Positions 41,720-50,682 of a stretch of 64,000 nucleotides of DNA are shown here, piece after piece. Under the pieces are notes generated by a model. The model was not told where the DNA came from. It saw only the letters and a list, made by a program, of their open reading frames with translations, and made no database searches. A program made the position numbers and the translations under genes. Source of the stretch: an uncultured Chloroflexota bacterium (lineage in GTDB: Bacteria > Chloroflexota > UBA6077 > SHYK01); NCBI GenBank assembly GCA_964417895.1, contig CAYQJS010000004.1, positions 51,724-115,723 of the forward strand, written 5' to 3'. Numbering within the stretch: the first letter of the stretch is position 1; every line of letters begins with the position of its first letter.

Positions 41720-44071
41720 CTACTGCGGTGCGCCGCCCTGCGGTGCGCCGCCGGCGTCGTCGCCGCGGGCCGGCTCGCGTCTGGGGCCGAAATCTCGATT
41801 GCCGGGACCCGAGCGGGGACCGCGGAAGGGCGGGCGGTCGCCGCCGTCACGGTAAGGGGGGCGGCGGTTCTCGTCGCGGAAACGTGGCCCGTCGCCCCGC
41901 GGTGGGCCGCCGTCGCCTCGCGGGCCGCCGAAGCCACCCTGCGGACGGCCCGTCCCCGCGCCCAGTGGCCGAGGGGGGGTCTGCTCACCGTTCGAAGGCG
42001 CGAGCAGGGCTCGACGCGACAGGTTGATGCGGCCCTGGCGGTCGATCTCGGTGACCAGCACGCTCACGTCGTCGCCGATCTTGACGATGTCCTCGACGCT
42101 GTTGACGCGGTAGTCGGCTAGCTCCGAGATGTGGACCAGCCCTTCCTTGCCGGGCAGGATCTCCACGAAGGCGCCGAAAGCCATGATGCGGGTCACCTTG
42201 CCGGCATAGACCGTGCCCACTTCCACGTCGCGTGTGAGCCCGTTGATGATGTCGATCGCCTTCTGGGCGTTCTCGGCGTCTGTCGAGCCGATCAGCACGG
42301 TCCCATCGTCGTCGATGTCGATGGTGCACTTCGTCTCTTCCGTGATGCGACGGATCATCTTGCCGCCGGGGCCGATGATGTCTCGAATGCGATCGGGGTT
42401 GATGGTCAGTTTGGTGATGCGCGGCGCGTAAGGCGAGAGCTGCGGCCGAGCCCGGTCGATCACCTCGAGCATCTTCCCCAGGATGAACATGCGGCCCTCG
42501 TGGGCCTGGGCTAGGGCCTGGCGCATGATCTGCGCCGTGATGCCCCGCACCTTGATGTCCATCTGGAGGCCGTTGATGCCCTGAGCCGTGCCGGCGACCT
42601 TGAAGTCCATGTCGCCAAGGAAGTCCTCGACGCCCTGGATGTCGGTCATGATGCGGTAAGTCCCGTCCTCGCCGGTGATCAGGCCCATGGCCACGCCGGC
42701 AACGGGCGCGCGGATCGGGACGCCGGCATCCATGAGGGCGAGAATGCCTCCGCATACGCTTCCCATGGACGTGGAGCCGTTGGATGAGAGCACCTCCGCC
42801 ACGAGGCGGATCGTGTAGGGGAACTCGTCCTCATCGGGGATCACCGGGAGCAGCGATCGCTCGACCAGGTGGCCGTGGCCGATGTCGCGGCGGGAGGGGC
42901 CCACCATGCGTCGAGTCTCGCCGGTGCTGTACGGCGGGAAGTTGTAGTGGTGCATGAACCGCTTGGATTCCTGGACGCCGATACCGTCGATGATCTGCTC
43001 GTCGGCCACGGTCCCCAGCGTCGCGACGCTGAGGACCTGGGTCTGGCCCCGAGTGAAGAGCCCGGAGCCGTGCGTGCGCGGGAGGACGCCCACCTCGCAG
43101 GTGATGGGGCGGATCTCCGTGAGTGATCGGCCGTCGGGCCGAAGGCCGCGCTCGAGGATCGCGCTGCGGACCGTCTCCTTCTCGAGGCCGTCGAAGATCT
43201 TGGCGACCTGCTTCTCTTCGTATCCTCGGCTCTTGAACTCCTCCGCCAGCTGAGCGCGAACGGCGGCGACATCGCTCTCGCGCTGCGCCTTGTCGGGGTT
43301 GAACATCGCGCGCTGGAGTCGGTCACCCATCCACTGGCGGACCTCGGTCTCTAGCTCGTGGTTAGTCTCTGCCGTCGGATACGACCGCTTGGGCTTGCCG
43401 ACGCGCTCCACCAGGCGGGTCTGCAGCGCCACAAGCTCCTTGATGGCCTCGTGCCCGAACTCGATTGCCCGAAGCATGGTGTCCTCGGTCAGCTCCAGGG
43501 CCCCGGCCTCGATCATCATGACGGCGTCGGCCGTCCCCGCAATTGACAGGTCGAGCCGGCTGTGGGCCAGCTCGGAGAGGGTGGGGTTGATGACGAACTG
43601 GTCGCCAATGTACCCAACGCGAACGGCGCCGACGGGCCCGTGGAAGGGGATGTCCGAGATGCTGAGGGCGGCCGAGGCGCCGACGATCCCCAGGGACGAT
43701 GGGTCGTTCTGCTGATCGGTGGAGAGCACTGTGATGACGATCTGGGTTTCGTTGCGGTAATCCTTCGGGAAAAGGGGACGCAGGGGCCGGTCGGTGAGCC
43801 GGGCGCTCAGAATCGCCGTCTCGGAGGGCCTCCCCTCACGCTTGAAGAAGCCGCCCGGGATCTTGCCCGCGGCGTACATCTTCTCCTCGAAGTCCACCGT
43901 GAGCGGGAAAAAGTCGATCCCCTCGCGTGGCAACCCCGAACTGACCGCGGTGGCCAGGACGACGGTGTCGCCATATCGGACGAGGACGGCGCCGTCGGCC
44001 AGGCCGGCGAGGCGCCCCGTCTCGAGGGTAAGCGTCCGCCCGGCGAACTCGATGGATACGGTCTCTGGCAT
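41720..44071 (-). CDS. pnp: polyribonucleotide nucleotidyltransferase (PNPase) with Arg/Gly/Pro-rich C-terminal tail
   Basis: Two RNase PH domains, KH and S1 ([32 protein letters not shown]); 783 aa. Confidence 0.95.
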   Translation of the reverse strand: MPETVSIEFAGRTLTLETGRLAGLADGAVLVRYGDTVVLATAVSSGLPREGIDFFPLTVDFEEKMYAAGKIPGGFFKREGRPSETAILSARLTDRPLRPLFPKDYRNETQIVITVLSTDQQNDPSSLGIVGASAALSISDIPFHGPVGAVRVGYIGDQFVINPTLSELAHSRLDLSIAGTADAVMMIEAGALELTEDTMLRAIEFGHEAIKELVALQTRLVERVGKPKRSYPTAETNHELETEVRQWMGDRLQRAMFNPDKAQRESDVAAVRAQLAEEFKSRGYEEKQVAKIFDGLEKETVRSAILERGLRPDGRSLTEIRPITCEVGVLPRTHGSGLFTRGQTQVLSVATLGTVADEQIIDGIGVQESKRFMHHYNFPPYSTGETRRMVGPSRRDIGHGHLVERSLLPVIPDEDEFPYTIRLVAEVLSSNGSTSMGSVCGGILALMDAGVPIRAPVAGVAMGLITGEDGTYRIMTDIQGVEDFLGDMDFKVAGTAQGINGLQMDIKVRGITAQIMRQALAQAHEGRMFILGKMLEVIDRARPQLSPYAPRITKLTINPDRIRDIIGPGGKMIRRITEETKCTIDIDDDGTVLIGSTDAENAQKAIDIINGLTRDVEVGTVYAGKVTRIMAFGAFVEILPGKEGLVHISELADYRVNSVEDIVKIGDDVSVLVTEIDRQGRINLSRRALLAPSNGEQTPPRPLGAGTGRPQGGFGGPRGDGGPPRGDGPRFRDENRRPPYRDGGDRPPFRGPRSGPGNRDFGPRREPARGDDAGGAPQGGAPQ

Positions 44072-44168
44072 GGATAATCCTCCGCCGCAGGGCGACTCCG
44101 GGAAGTGACCGGGGCCTGCTTAGAACCCGGTTAGCGAAGCGTAGAGGCAGTGCCCGGCGGTGGGGACG

Positions 44169-44438
44169 CTAGCGCCGCAACCCGAGGGAGTTAATGAGTT
44201 GCTGGTAGCGTTCGAAATCCCGCCGCCTGAGGTAATTGAGATGCCGGCGCCGTTTGCCCACCATCATCAGGAGACCACGCCGTGAGGCGTGGTCGTGCGG
44301 GTGCTCCTTGAGGTGTCCGTTCAGGTCCAGGATCCGCCTCGTAAGCGCGGCTACCTGGATGTCCGATGAACCGGTGTCCTTCGGGTTCACACGATATTTT
44401 TCGATGATGGCGCCCTTTGTCTCAGGGGCCAGGGGCAT
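44169..44438 (-). CDS. rpsO: 30S ribosomal protein S15
   Basis: MPLAPETKGAIIEKYRVNPKDTGSSDIQVAALTRRILDLNGHLKEHPHDHASRRGLL; ATG 44438 after ggagggg. Confidence 0.95.
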   Translation of the reverse strand: MPLAPETKGAIIEKYRVNPKDTGSSDIQVAALTRRILDLNGHLKEHPHDHASRRGLLMMVGKRRRHLNYLRRRDFERYQQLINSLGLRR

Positions 44439-44590
44439 CCGTTCCCCTCCTACGCGCACTCCGACGCATCGGTGTGCCGCTCTGCGCTGTTCTTTTCTAT
44501 CTCCTTCGCGTCGGAGTATAGCATGAGGGCAGCGTCGGTATAGTTAGGCACAGTGTCGCGTAATATCCGTGACCCTTGAGCGTGGGCTGC

Positions 44591-44668
44591 ACCCTCACCC
44601 TCCCCTCCGCTTTGCGGAGTCCGAAGCCGCTCCGCGGCTACTCGGACCGTCGAGGGGGAGGGGATAAG
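44591..44668. repeat. nested hairpin repeat (family-2-like outer arms)
   Basis: caccctcaccctcccctc ... cgctttgcggagtccgaagccgctccgcgg ... gagggggaggggataag. Confidence 0.7.
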
Positions 44669-44686
44669 ACTCGCGCGGGGGAATTT

Positions 44687-45136
44687 ATGGAGATCAAAGA
44701 GCTGGGACACGTTGTCCTCTACGTGCACGAGGTGGAGCGGTCGCGCCGCTTCTACCGGGACGTTCTGGGCTGGCGCGAGATCGGGGGCGCGTTCGGCGGC
44801 AGAGCCGCGGCCTTCTCATCCGGCCGCACCCACCACGAGCTGTTGCTCATCGAGGTCGGCCCGGATGCCGCGCCGATCCCGGCTGGCCCGCGGGTAGGCA
44901 TGTACCACTTCGGGTTGAAGGTCGGCGAAAGCGACGATGAGCTGCGCGAGGCTCTGGCCACGTGCCAGGCGAATGGCGTGAGGATCGTGGGCTCCTCGGA
45001 CCACACGGTGACGCACAGCCTGTACATCCTGGACCCGGACGGCAACGAGATCGAGCTGTACATCGACGTTCAGCCCGCGATCTGGAAAGAGCGGCCCGAG
45101 GCGGTGATGGCGCCGGTGCTCCCACTGCGGCTGTAG
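44687..45136 (+). CDS. VOC family protein (glyoxalase/extradiol dioxygenase fold)
   Basis: MEIKELGHVVLYVHEVERSRRFYRDVLGW...HHELLLIE...MYHFGLKV. Confidence 0.8.
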   Translation: MEIKELGHVVLYVHEVERSRRFYRDVLGWREIGGAFGGRAAAFSSGRTHHELLLIEVGPDAAPIPAGPRVGMYHFGLKVGESDDELREALATCQANGVRIVGSSDHTVTHSLYILDPDGNEIELYIDVQPAIWKERPEAVMAPVLPLRL

Positions 45137-45161
45137 CAGGGTGCTGAAACAAGGTTTGGGG

Positions 45162-45220
45162 CCGCTCGTGGTGAGCCTGTCGAACCACCTGGGTCCCTTC
45201 GACAAGCTCAGGGTGAGCGG
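45162..45220. repeat. family-3 hairpin (gtgagcctgtcgaa / ttcgacaagctcagggtgagc)
   Basis: ccgctcgtggtgagcctgtcgaaccacctgggtcccttcgacaagctcagggtgagcgg. Confidence 0.8.
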
Positions 45221-45350
45221 TTTCTTCGGCAGCCTGTTAGGCGGTTGTGCGTCACCTGTCCCCCGACTCGCCTGGGTTTTGGGGACGCCGCTCCGCTCGG
45301 GCGGCGGGTACAATGGCTCGCTGGCCGACATCACGTCAGGAGCAGGGCCG

Positions 45351-45737
45351 ATGCTGACTGAGGCTCAACAAAGGAGCCTGAACGACAAGGGCGTCGACTG
45401 GGCGCGCCTGGACTACGTCGAGGCGGCCGACGTGCTCGACGCCCTCGACCGTGGAAACGCGCTCGTCGTGGACACGAGGAAGCCAGAGAAGTACGAGTTG
45501 GGCCATTTCCCGGGCGCGGTGCACCGCCAGTCGGATGACCCGCTGTTACTGGCCCTCCCGCGCGAGTGGGCCATCTACACGTACTGCACCTGAGAGGATG
45601 AGTCCGCGGCGTCGCGTGCGGCGCTCACCCTTCTCAACGCGGGCTATGCGGATGTGCACGTCATCTGCGGGGGCCTCGATGCCCTGAACGTGGAAGCCGA
45701 CCGGCGCGGCGTGCATGCTGAGGCGGCTGCAACGTAG
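45351..45737 (+). CDS. rhodanese-like domain protein interrupted by an in-frame TGA (45591-45593)
   Basis: aggag SD + ATG 45351; ...VVDTRKPEKYELGHFPGAVH...AIYTYCT*EDESAASRAALTLLNAGYADVHVICGGLDAL...*; final TAG at 45735. Confidence 0.65.
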
Positions 45738-45743
45738 CCAAGG

Positions 45744-45804
45744 GTCATCCTGAGCTGAACGCGAAGGATCTCCCGCGAGATGCTTCGCTGCCGCTCAGCA
45801 TGAC
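45744..45804. repeat. compact family-1 hairpin
   Basis: gtcatcctgagctgaacgcgaaggatctcccgcgagatgcttcgctgccgctcagcatgac. Confidence 0.85.
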
Positions 45805-45825
45805 AACAGACAGGAGGTCAGACCA

Positions 45826-46026
45826 ATGGCCATCAAGGCGAGCATCAACTGGGATGAGTGTGAGGGGAACGGCGTGTGTGCGCGCGTGGCGCCCGAGATC
45901 TTCAGCGTGGACGAGCAGGGGAACTCGGACGTGCTGGTCGATGAGGTTCCAGCGAACCTGCGCGCCAAGGCGATGCTGGCCATGCGGCAGTGCCCAACGC
46001 AGGCGATCAGCGTCTGGGAGGAGTAG
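45826..46026 (+). CDS. small ferredoxin (single Fe-S cluster type)
   Basis: caggagg SD; INWDECEGNGVCARVAPEIF...MRQCPTQAI. Confidence 0.8.
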   Translation: MAIKASINWDECEGNGVCARVAPEIFSVDEQGNSDVLVDEVPANLRAKAMLAMRQCPTQAISVWEE

Positions 46027-46062
46027 CCTGCGCACGCTCTCCAGTCGCGCGCAGGGTGGTCC

Positions 46063-46494
46063 TTGAATCCCGCACCCGTTGAGCGCTGCGTAGGCTGCGA
46101 CGAGCCGCCTCCGCCGGGGTTGATCGCGGGGGTACGTCAGTTCAACGACGGGCAGTACTTCGAGTGCCACGAGACCCTGGAAGCGTTGTGGAAGCGGGAG
46201 AGTCGTCCGCTGCGCGAGATGTATCAGGGCGTGCTGCAGATCGGAGTGGCCCTGCACCATCTGGAGCGCGGCAACCAGCGCGGCGCGCTTCGGCTGTTGG
46301 AGCGAGGCTTGAACCATTTGCGCTGGTTCTCACCTGCATGTCAAGGCGTGGATGTCAATCGGCTGATCGCCGAGGCGGAGTCCCTCGCGCGGTGGGTCGC
46401 GGCACAGCCCGAGGCCGTGAGCGCCGAAGAGTTGGCGCGGACTTTGCTCCCCAGGGTGCGAATGATGGGAGCCCGTTCCGGGGGATCGGGATAG
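46063..46494 (+). CDS. DUF309 domain protein
   Basis: GVRQFNDGQYFECHETLEALWKRE...YQGVLQIGVALHHLERGN. Confidence 0.75.
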   Translation: MNPAPVERCVGCDEPPPPGLIAGVRQFNDGQYFECHETLEALWKRESRPLREMYQGVLQIGVALHHLERGNQRGALRLLERGLNHLRWFSPACQGVDVNRLIAEAESLARWVAAQPEAVSAEELARTLLPRVRMMGARSGGSG

Positions 46495-46541
46495 GAGGGA
46501 TTCTCGGAACTGCGAACACAAGGAGGTATCAGTGGGTCGCC

Positions 46542-46943
46542 ATGTTGACTCTTGAGCTCGCCGACCGTGTTCTCGCCGCCTGCCGTGAAAGGGCCACTGC
46601 CATGGGCGTGCCCGTGAGCATCGTCGTGGTCGATGAGGGAGGCCACATCGTCGGCGCCGCCCGCATGGATGGCGCGCGCTTCCTAACCGTCGACATCGCG
46701 TTCGGCAAGGCCCACGGCTGCATCGGCTTTCATCGCACCGGCACGGAGGTGGCTGAGTTCGGGCGCGTCGCGCCGGGGTTCGTCAGCTCGCTCGCGGCCG
46801 CCAGCCACGGGCGCTTCTTCGCTGCGCTGGGCTCGATGCGCGTTGGTCGAGATGGACAGGAGATCGGCGCCGTGGGCGTGAGCGGGGGCTCAGGCGAGCA
46901 GGACCACGAGATCGCGCAGGCGGGCGTGGACGCGGTGAGGTAG
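46542..46943 (+). CDS. GlcG/HbpS-like heme-binding protein (DUF336)
   Basis: VSIVVVDEGGHIVGAARMDGA...AFGKAHGC...GAVGVSGGSGEQDHEIAQAG. Confidence 0.8.
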   Translation: MLTLELADRVLAACRERATAMGVPVSIVVVDEGGHIVGAARMDGARFLTVDIAFGKAHGCIGFHRTGTEVAEFGRVAPGFVSSLAAASHGRFFAALGSMRVGRDGQEIGAVGVSGGSGEQDHEIAQAGVDAVR

Positions 46944-46949
46944 GGAGCT

Positions 46950-47378
46950 ATGGAGCTTGACCTGGCGGCGGCGAACCGGGTGATCGAGGCCTGCATCGTC
47001 GAGGGGCGGGCCGTCGGCCGAAATTTCAGCATCGTCGTGGTGGACGCGGCGGGGACATTTATCTCGGCTCAACGGATGGACGGCGCGGCGATCCTCACGT
47101 CACAGATCGCGTGGGGAAAGGCATACGGCTGCGCCGCGTTCCGGCGCGACGGGCCGCAGCTGGCCCAGATGGCCACGAACACGGCGTTCGTCAGCTCCCT
47201 CATCCAGATGACCGGCGGCCGGTTCGTGGCGGCGCTCGGCGCCTCGCGGCTCATGGACGGCGAGAAAGTGCTCGGCGCGGTGGGCGTGAGCGGAGCGGCA
47301 GCCGAGCAGGACCAGCAGGTCGGAGGCGGGAGCGCGCGCGTTCCAGCCCGGCCCAACGCCGTGAGCCGTGAGCCGTGA
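46950..47378 (+). CDS. GlcG/HbpS-like heme-binding protein (DUF336), paralog
   Basis: FSIVVVDAAGTFISAQRMDGA...AWGKAYGC...GAVGVSGAAAEQDQQ; the C-terminal ..NAVSREP is encoded by the heptamer array. Confidence 0.8.
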   Translation: MELDLAAANRVIEACIVEGRAVGRNFSIVVVDAAGTFISAQRMDGAAILTSQIAWGKAYGCAAFRRDGPQLAQMATNTAFVSSLIQMTGGRFVAALGASRLMDGEKVLGAVGVSGAAAEQDQQVGGGSARVPARPNAVSREP

Positions 47379-47523
47379 GGCGTGAGGGAGGAAAGGGATA
47401 GCGCGAGAGTAAGCCACAGATCCGATGCCAGCGCCGCCAGCGACGCCGATCCGACCCCTCCGGCCTCACGCCTCACGGCTCACGCCTCGCTTCAGGCCTC
47501 ACGGCCCGCGCCTCACGCCTCAC
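47358..47523. repeat. inverted heptamer arrays (GCCGTGA x4 / CCTCACG x~8) around a ~78 nt spacer
   Basis: gccgtga gccgtga gccgtga ggcgtga (47358-47385) versus cctcacg cctcacg gctcacg ... tcacgcc tcac (47464-47523). Confidence 0.9.
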
Positions 47524-48710
47524 TCTGGACCCGACCATACTTCCTCCTGCTGCTGGCAATCCTCCTCTGCTACGTGAGCCAGTGGCTGCAGATGGCAATC
47601 CTGCCCCTGTACGTGCACGACCTGGGGGCGTCCGTGCTCGTGGCGGGGTTCGTGCTGGCCGCGTTCAGCGTGACGGGCTTTGGTATGCGGCCGGTCGTTG
47701 GGTACTGGATCGACAGCTGGAGCCAGCCTGGTGTGCTCACGGTGGGGACCGCCATCCTTGCCGTAACGGGCACGCTGTTCGCCATCCCCGCGTTGTGGCT
47801 CTTGTTCATCGGCAACACGGCACGCGGGATCGGCTGGGCTGCCATCAACACGGCGGGGTACACGCTCCTCGTGCGAGTGGCTCCGACGTCGCGGCGGGGC
47901 GAGGCCTCCGGGTACTACACGGTCACCACCAACGCCGCGACGGCGCTCGCGCCGGTGCTGGCGCTGTGGCTCATCGCGCCGCCGGTTGGCAGCTACGTCG
48001 TGGTGTTCGTGCTCTCCGGCGTCGCGGCGTTGGGCGCGACGCTCGTTGTTCGCTTGCTGACCGCCGAGGGTGCGGCGCGGGAGACGCGCGCCGGGCCGAG
48101 GGGGAGCGGCCTGCGGCTGGCATCGTTCCTTGACCGGCGGGTCCTGCTGGCGTCGTTCTTGCTGCTCTGCCTGACACTGACGAGCCCCGCCACCACAGCG
48201 TTCGTGCCCCTCTACGCCCGGGAGCTGGGGATCCAAAACAGCGGGGCCTACTTCGCGGTTAGCGGGGCAGTGAGCATCCTGGCCACCATCGCGCTGGGAC
48301 GGCTATTCAACCGGGGAAGCCGAGGGGTGTGGCTCGTGCTGGGGTTCGGCCTGTCGCTCCTGGGGCTGGTGATCCTGTGGGCGGCCACGGGTCTGGAGCT
48401 CGTTGTGTTGTCGGGCGCTATCTATGCGCTGGGGTTCTCGATCCTGAGCACCATGCTGCTGGCGGTGGCCATCGACCTGGCCGACCCGCGACGACCCGGG
48501 GCGGCGATGGCGACGTTCTCCGCGTCGTATCAACTTGGGATGGGGCTGGGCGCGCCCATTGCCGGCTGGCTCATCGAGGTTTTCGGCTACGGAGGCATGT
48601 ACCTCGGCTCGATGGTGGCGGTTGGTGCGGGCCTGCTGCTCACTGTGGCCAACTGGCCGGCGCTGGGGAAGCAGACGGCCGGCGAGGCGCGACGCACGGC
48701 GGGGCAATAG
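47382..48710 (+). CDS. MFS transporter
   Basis: TM-rich from RPYFLLLLAILLCYVSQWLQMAILPLYV onward; the start is uncertain because the first ~45 codons are array and spacer sequence. Confidence 0.8.
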   Translation: MREERDSARVSHRSDASAASDADPTPPASRLTAHASLQASRPAPHASLWTRPYFLLLLAILLCYVSQWLQMAILPLYVHDLGASVLVAGFVLAAFSVTGFGMRPVVGYWIDSWSQPGVLTVGTAILAVTGTLFAIPALWLLFIGNTARGIGWAAINTAGYTLLVRVAPTSRRGEASGYYTVTTNAATALAPVLALWLIAPPVGSYVVVFVLSGVAALGATLVVRLLTAEGAARETRAGPRGSGLRLASFLDRRVLLASFLLLCLTLTSPATTAFVPLYARELGIQNSGAYFAVSGAVSILATIALGRLFNRGSRGVWLVLGFGLSLLGLVILWAATGLELVVLSGAIYALGFSILSTMLLAVAIDLADPRRPGAAMATFSASYQLGMGLGAPIAGWLIEVFGYGGMYLGSMVAVGAGLLLTVANWPALGKQTAGEARRTAGQ

Positions 48711-48784
48711 GGCGCCGCGCGCCCGGGCTACGCCGAGGACGCTGCTATAATTTTTGGGCTGACCGGCGGCGCCGGAAGCCTCCG

Positions 48785-48860
48785 GGCGACGTAGCCAAGT
48801 GGTTAAGGCGGGGGTCTGCAAAACCCCTATGCGGCGGTTCGAATCCGCCCGTCGCCTCCA
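48785..48860 (+). tRNA. tRNA-Cys (GCA), CCA encoded
   Basis: Cloverleaf drawn by hand: acceptor GGCGACG/CGTCGCC, anticodon stem GGGGT/ACCCC, loop CTGCAAA, T-arm GGCGG-TTCGAAT-CCGCC, discriminator U73. Confidence 0.9.
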
Positions 48861-48927
48861 GCATTACTAGGCAAATGTTCCTAGCCCACTAGCACAGCTT
48901 AGCATCTCGGCGGCCTTTCTTCCTGGA

Positions 48928-49212
48928 GTGCAGCAAATAATGCAGCAATTGCGCCGGCGGCCGGGGCCTCGAGCGGGGTGGATGACGTACTACCTCAGGC
49001 GCCCTGGAGGGAAGGCCGTGAGCGTTGATGAACCGCCTCCCACGCCCCGACAGGGCAACGAACGCTGGCTTCCGTGGCAGGATGAGGTCGTGCTCTTGGG
49101 GCGGGGCACTGATCGCGAGAAGGCCGAAAAGCTTGGCCGCTCGGTGGCTGCGGTCCGCGCACGACGCGCCAAACTCTGGCGGGAACCCGAACTCCGGCGG
49201 GAACGAGGTTAG
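48928..49212 (+). CDS. hypothetical protein with SANT/Myb-like HTH segment
   Basis: WLPWQDEVVLLGRGTDREKAEKLGRSVAAVRARRAKL; lower-GC region next to the tRNA. Confidence 0.4.
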   Translation: MQQIMQQLRRRPGPRAGWMTYYLRRPGGKAVSVDEPPPTPRQGNERWLPWQDEVVLLGRGTDREKAEKLGRSVAAVRARRAKLWREPELRRERG

Positions 49213-49296
49213 GCGTTCGTCGCGAACTGTACATCCACCTTGTCTGAGATCAAGGGCTGAATCATCGGCGAGGACTAACGGCGTCCACTTGACGAA

Positions 49297-49464
49297 ATGG
49301 AAGCCATTACCCGCGAGGATAAGGAGGCCGAGGAGCGGTGGCTTGCTGGACTCCCCGAACACCTTCGGCAGATCGCCATTGAGGGAATCGAGGAGGGCGA
49401 GCGGTCCCGGCAGGAAGCAATCCGCAAGGCGAAGGAGGCTCGCCGTAGTACCCCTGTATCTTGA
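49297..49464 (+). CDS. small ORF (55 aa), possible antitoxin partner of the DUF5615 gene; not in ORF track
   Basis: MEAITREDKEAEERWLAGLPEHLRQIAIEGIEEGERSRQEAIRKAKEARRSTPVS*; its end overlaps the DUF5615 N-terminus. Confidence 0.3.
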   Translation: MEAITREDKEAEERWLAGLPEHLRQIAIEGIEEGERSRQEAIRKAKEARRSTPVS

Positions 49465-49843
49465 TGAGTGTCTGGTCGCCAGGCAAGTGGCCCGTCAGCT
49501 TCGCGCGGCGGGCCACTTGATTTACGTGACGACTGAGCTTGGCTTAGATGGTGCAGATGATGACGTGCACCTCGCTAGAGCCACGGAATTGGGGGCAGTC
49601 CCGGCGAGCCAAAATCAGAGCGACTTCGATCCCCTCCACGATGAGTGGCAGAAGCTGGGCCGAAGGCACGCTGGCCTCCTTGTCTCGCGGCAGCTCCCAA
49701 TTGGTGTTCGAATCAGGCGACTCGAACGGGCCGCTCGGTTGCTACGTCCTGAGATCGCTGAAAACCAGCTGATGAAGCTGGCGATGTTCGACACAGAGGA
49801 GAGGAGGCTGCTCTTCGTCCAGAGCCTAGCTCCGTCCGCCTGA
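49454..49843 (+). CDS. DUF5615 (PIN-like) family protein
   Basis: LYLDECLVARQVARQLRAAGHLIYVTTELGLDGADDDVHLARATELGAV..SQNQSDFDPL matches the family from residue 1; the only start-like codon at the N-terminus is CTG 49454. Confidence 0.55.
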   Translation: MYLDECLVARQVARQLRAAGHLIYVTTELGLDGADDDVHLARATELGAVPASQNQSDFDPLHDEWQKLGRRHAGLLVSRQLPIGVRIRRLERAARLLRPEIAENQLMKLAMFDTEERRLLFVQSLAPSA

Positions 49844-50078
49844 GTCCTCGTCAAGAGGGGGCGAGGATTACTGGTCCGAGGGCCTTCCCGGTGGTGGACC
49901 GATGTATTTTCCCCATCCGGGGCAGTCGGACGTGCCGAATTCACCGTCACCCAGCACGAACTCAGACTCCCATGCTTCGAGACGGCGCTTCTCTTGGGTG
50001 GCATGCCTTCGCCAGCGGCCACCATCACTCCAAAACGTTCGAGCATTGCCCACATACCCCGGCGCTGTGGATGCGCCC

Positions 50079-50177
50079 TTGTGGTATATCGGCCGGAACT
50101 GGTGCCACGCACCGCGACCGTTGTGCGCAACCTGCCCGGTCTCAGCCCACTGTCCACGGGTAGGCTTAATGGACTGA
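50079..50177 (+). pseudogene. HhH-GPD (endonuclease III/MutY-type) C-terminal Fe-S cluster loop remnant
   Basis: LWYIGRNWCHAPRPLCATCPVSAHCP is an exact C-x6-C-x2-C-x5-C spacing; no upstream HhH or catalytic region. Confidence 0.5.
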
Positions 50178-50397
50178 ATTAGCCTGTCGGGCCGAGCAGG
50201 CCTGTTTATGTTGGACTTTCCCGGCGCGGCTTCGCGGCCCTGGGGGGCCTCGTAATGAAGCTCCCCGAACTGAAGCGGCGCCAGTTGGCTCGGGCTCGCA
50301 AGCACCGACCGCACCTCTCGGCGCTCTTCCGGCACGTTCAAATTCGAGGGGTGTGGGAATAGGCGGCGGCGCCTTCTCAGCAGATCCGGCGGGCCCA

Positions 50398-50431
50398 AAC
50401 AAAAGGGCCAGCCGTCGCGGCTGGCCCTTTT
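50398..50431. terminator. bidirectional intrinsic terminator
   Basis: aaaa gggccagcc gtcgc ggctggccc tttt; 9-bp GC stem, 5-nt loop, A/T runs on both sides; ~20 nt after the stop of the minus-strand gene 50452-50682. Confidence 0.75.
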
Positions 50432-50451
50432 GGGTCGAGCGCAGGTAATGG

Positions 50452-50682
50452 TTAGCCGGTCGTCTCTCCCCGGCAGACGTCGCAGTCGCAGCCACACATC
50501 GGCTCTGTGCTGGGCTGGATGGCCGCGCGCGCCCACTCTACGACGATGGTGCCGGCCAACTCGGTGGGCAGGCCTCCGTCGACCATCGCTCGGTAGAAGT
50601 GCGCGATCATCTCGGCGCGCCGGGTCAACTCCGTCGTGAGCTGGTCGTTCTCGGAGATGGCGCTGAGGTCGAAGACGTCCAC
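50452..50682 (-). CDS. hypothetical small protein
   Basis: 76 aa ORF followed by the terminator; C-terminal CGCDCDVC cluster. Confidence 0.45.
   Translation of the reverse strand: MDVFDLSAISENDQLTTELTRRAEMIAHFYRAMVDGGLPTELAGTIVVEWARAAIQPSTEPMCGCDCDVCRGETTG

Noticed and set aside
44071-44169. Regulatory hairpin in the rpsO-pnp spacer (RNase III-type autoregulation site, as in E. coli)
   Set aside because: It is plausible by analogy, but I could not draw a convincing long stem by eye, so it is not reported as a feature.
49700-49730. Possible attR: gttcgaatc matching the tRNA-Cys T-loop region
   Set aside because: It is only a 9-nt identity, which is expected by chance in 64 kb on two strands, and it lies inside the DUF5615 coding sequence.
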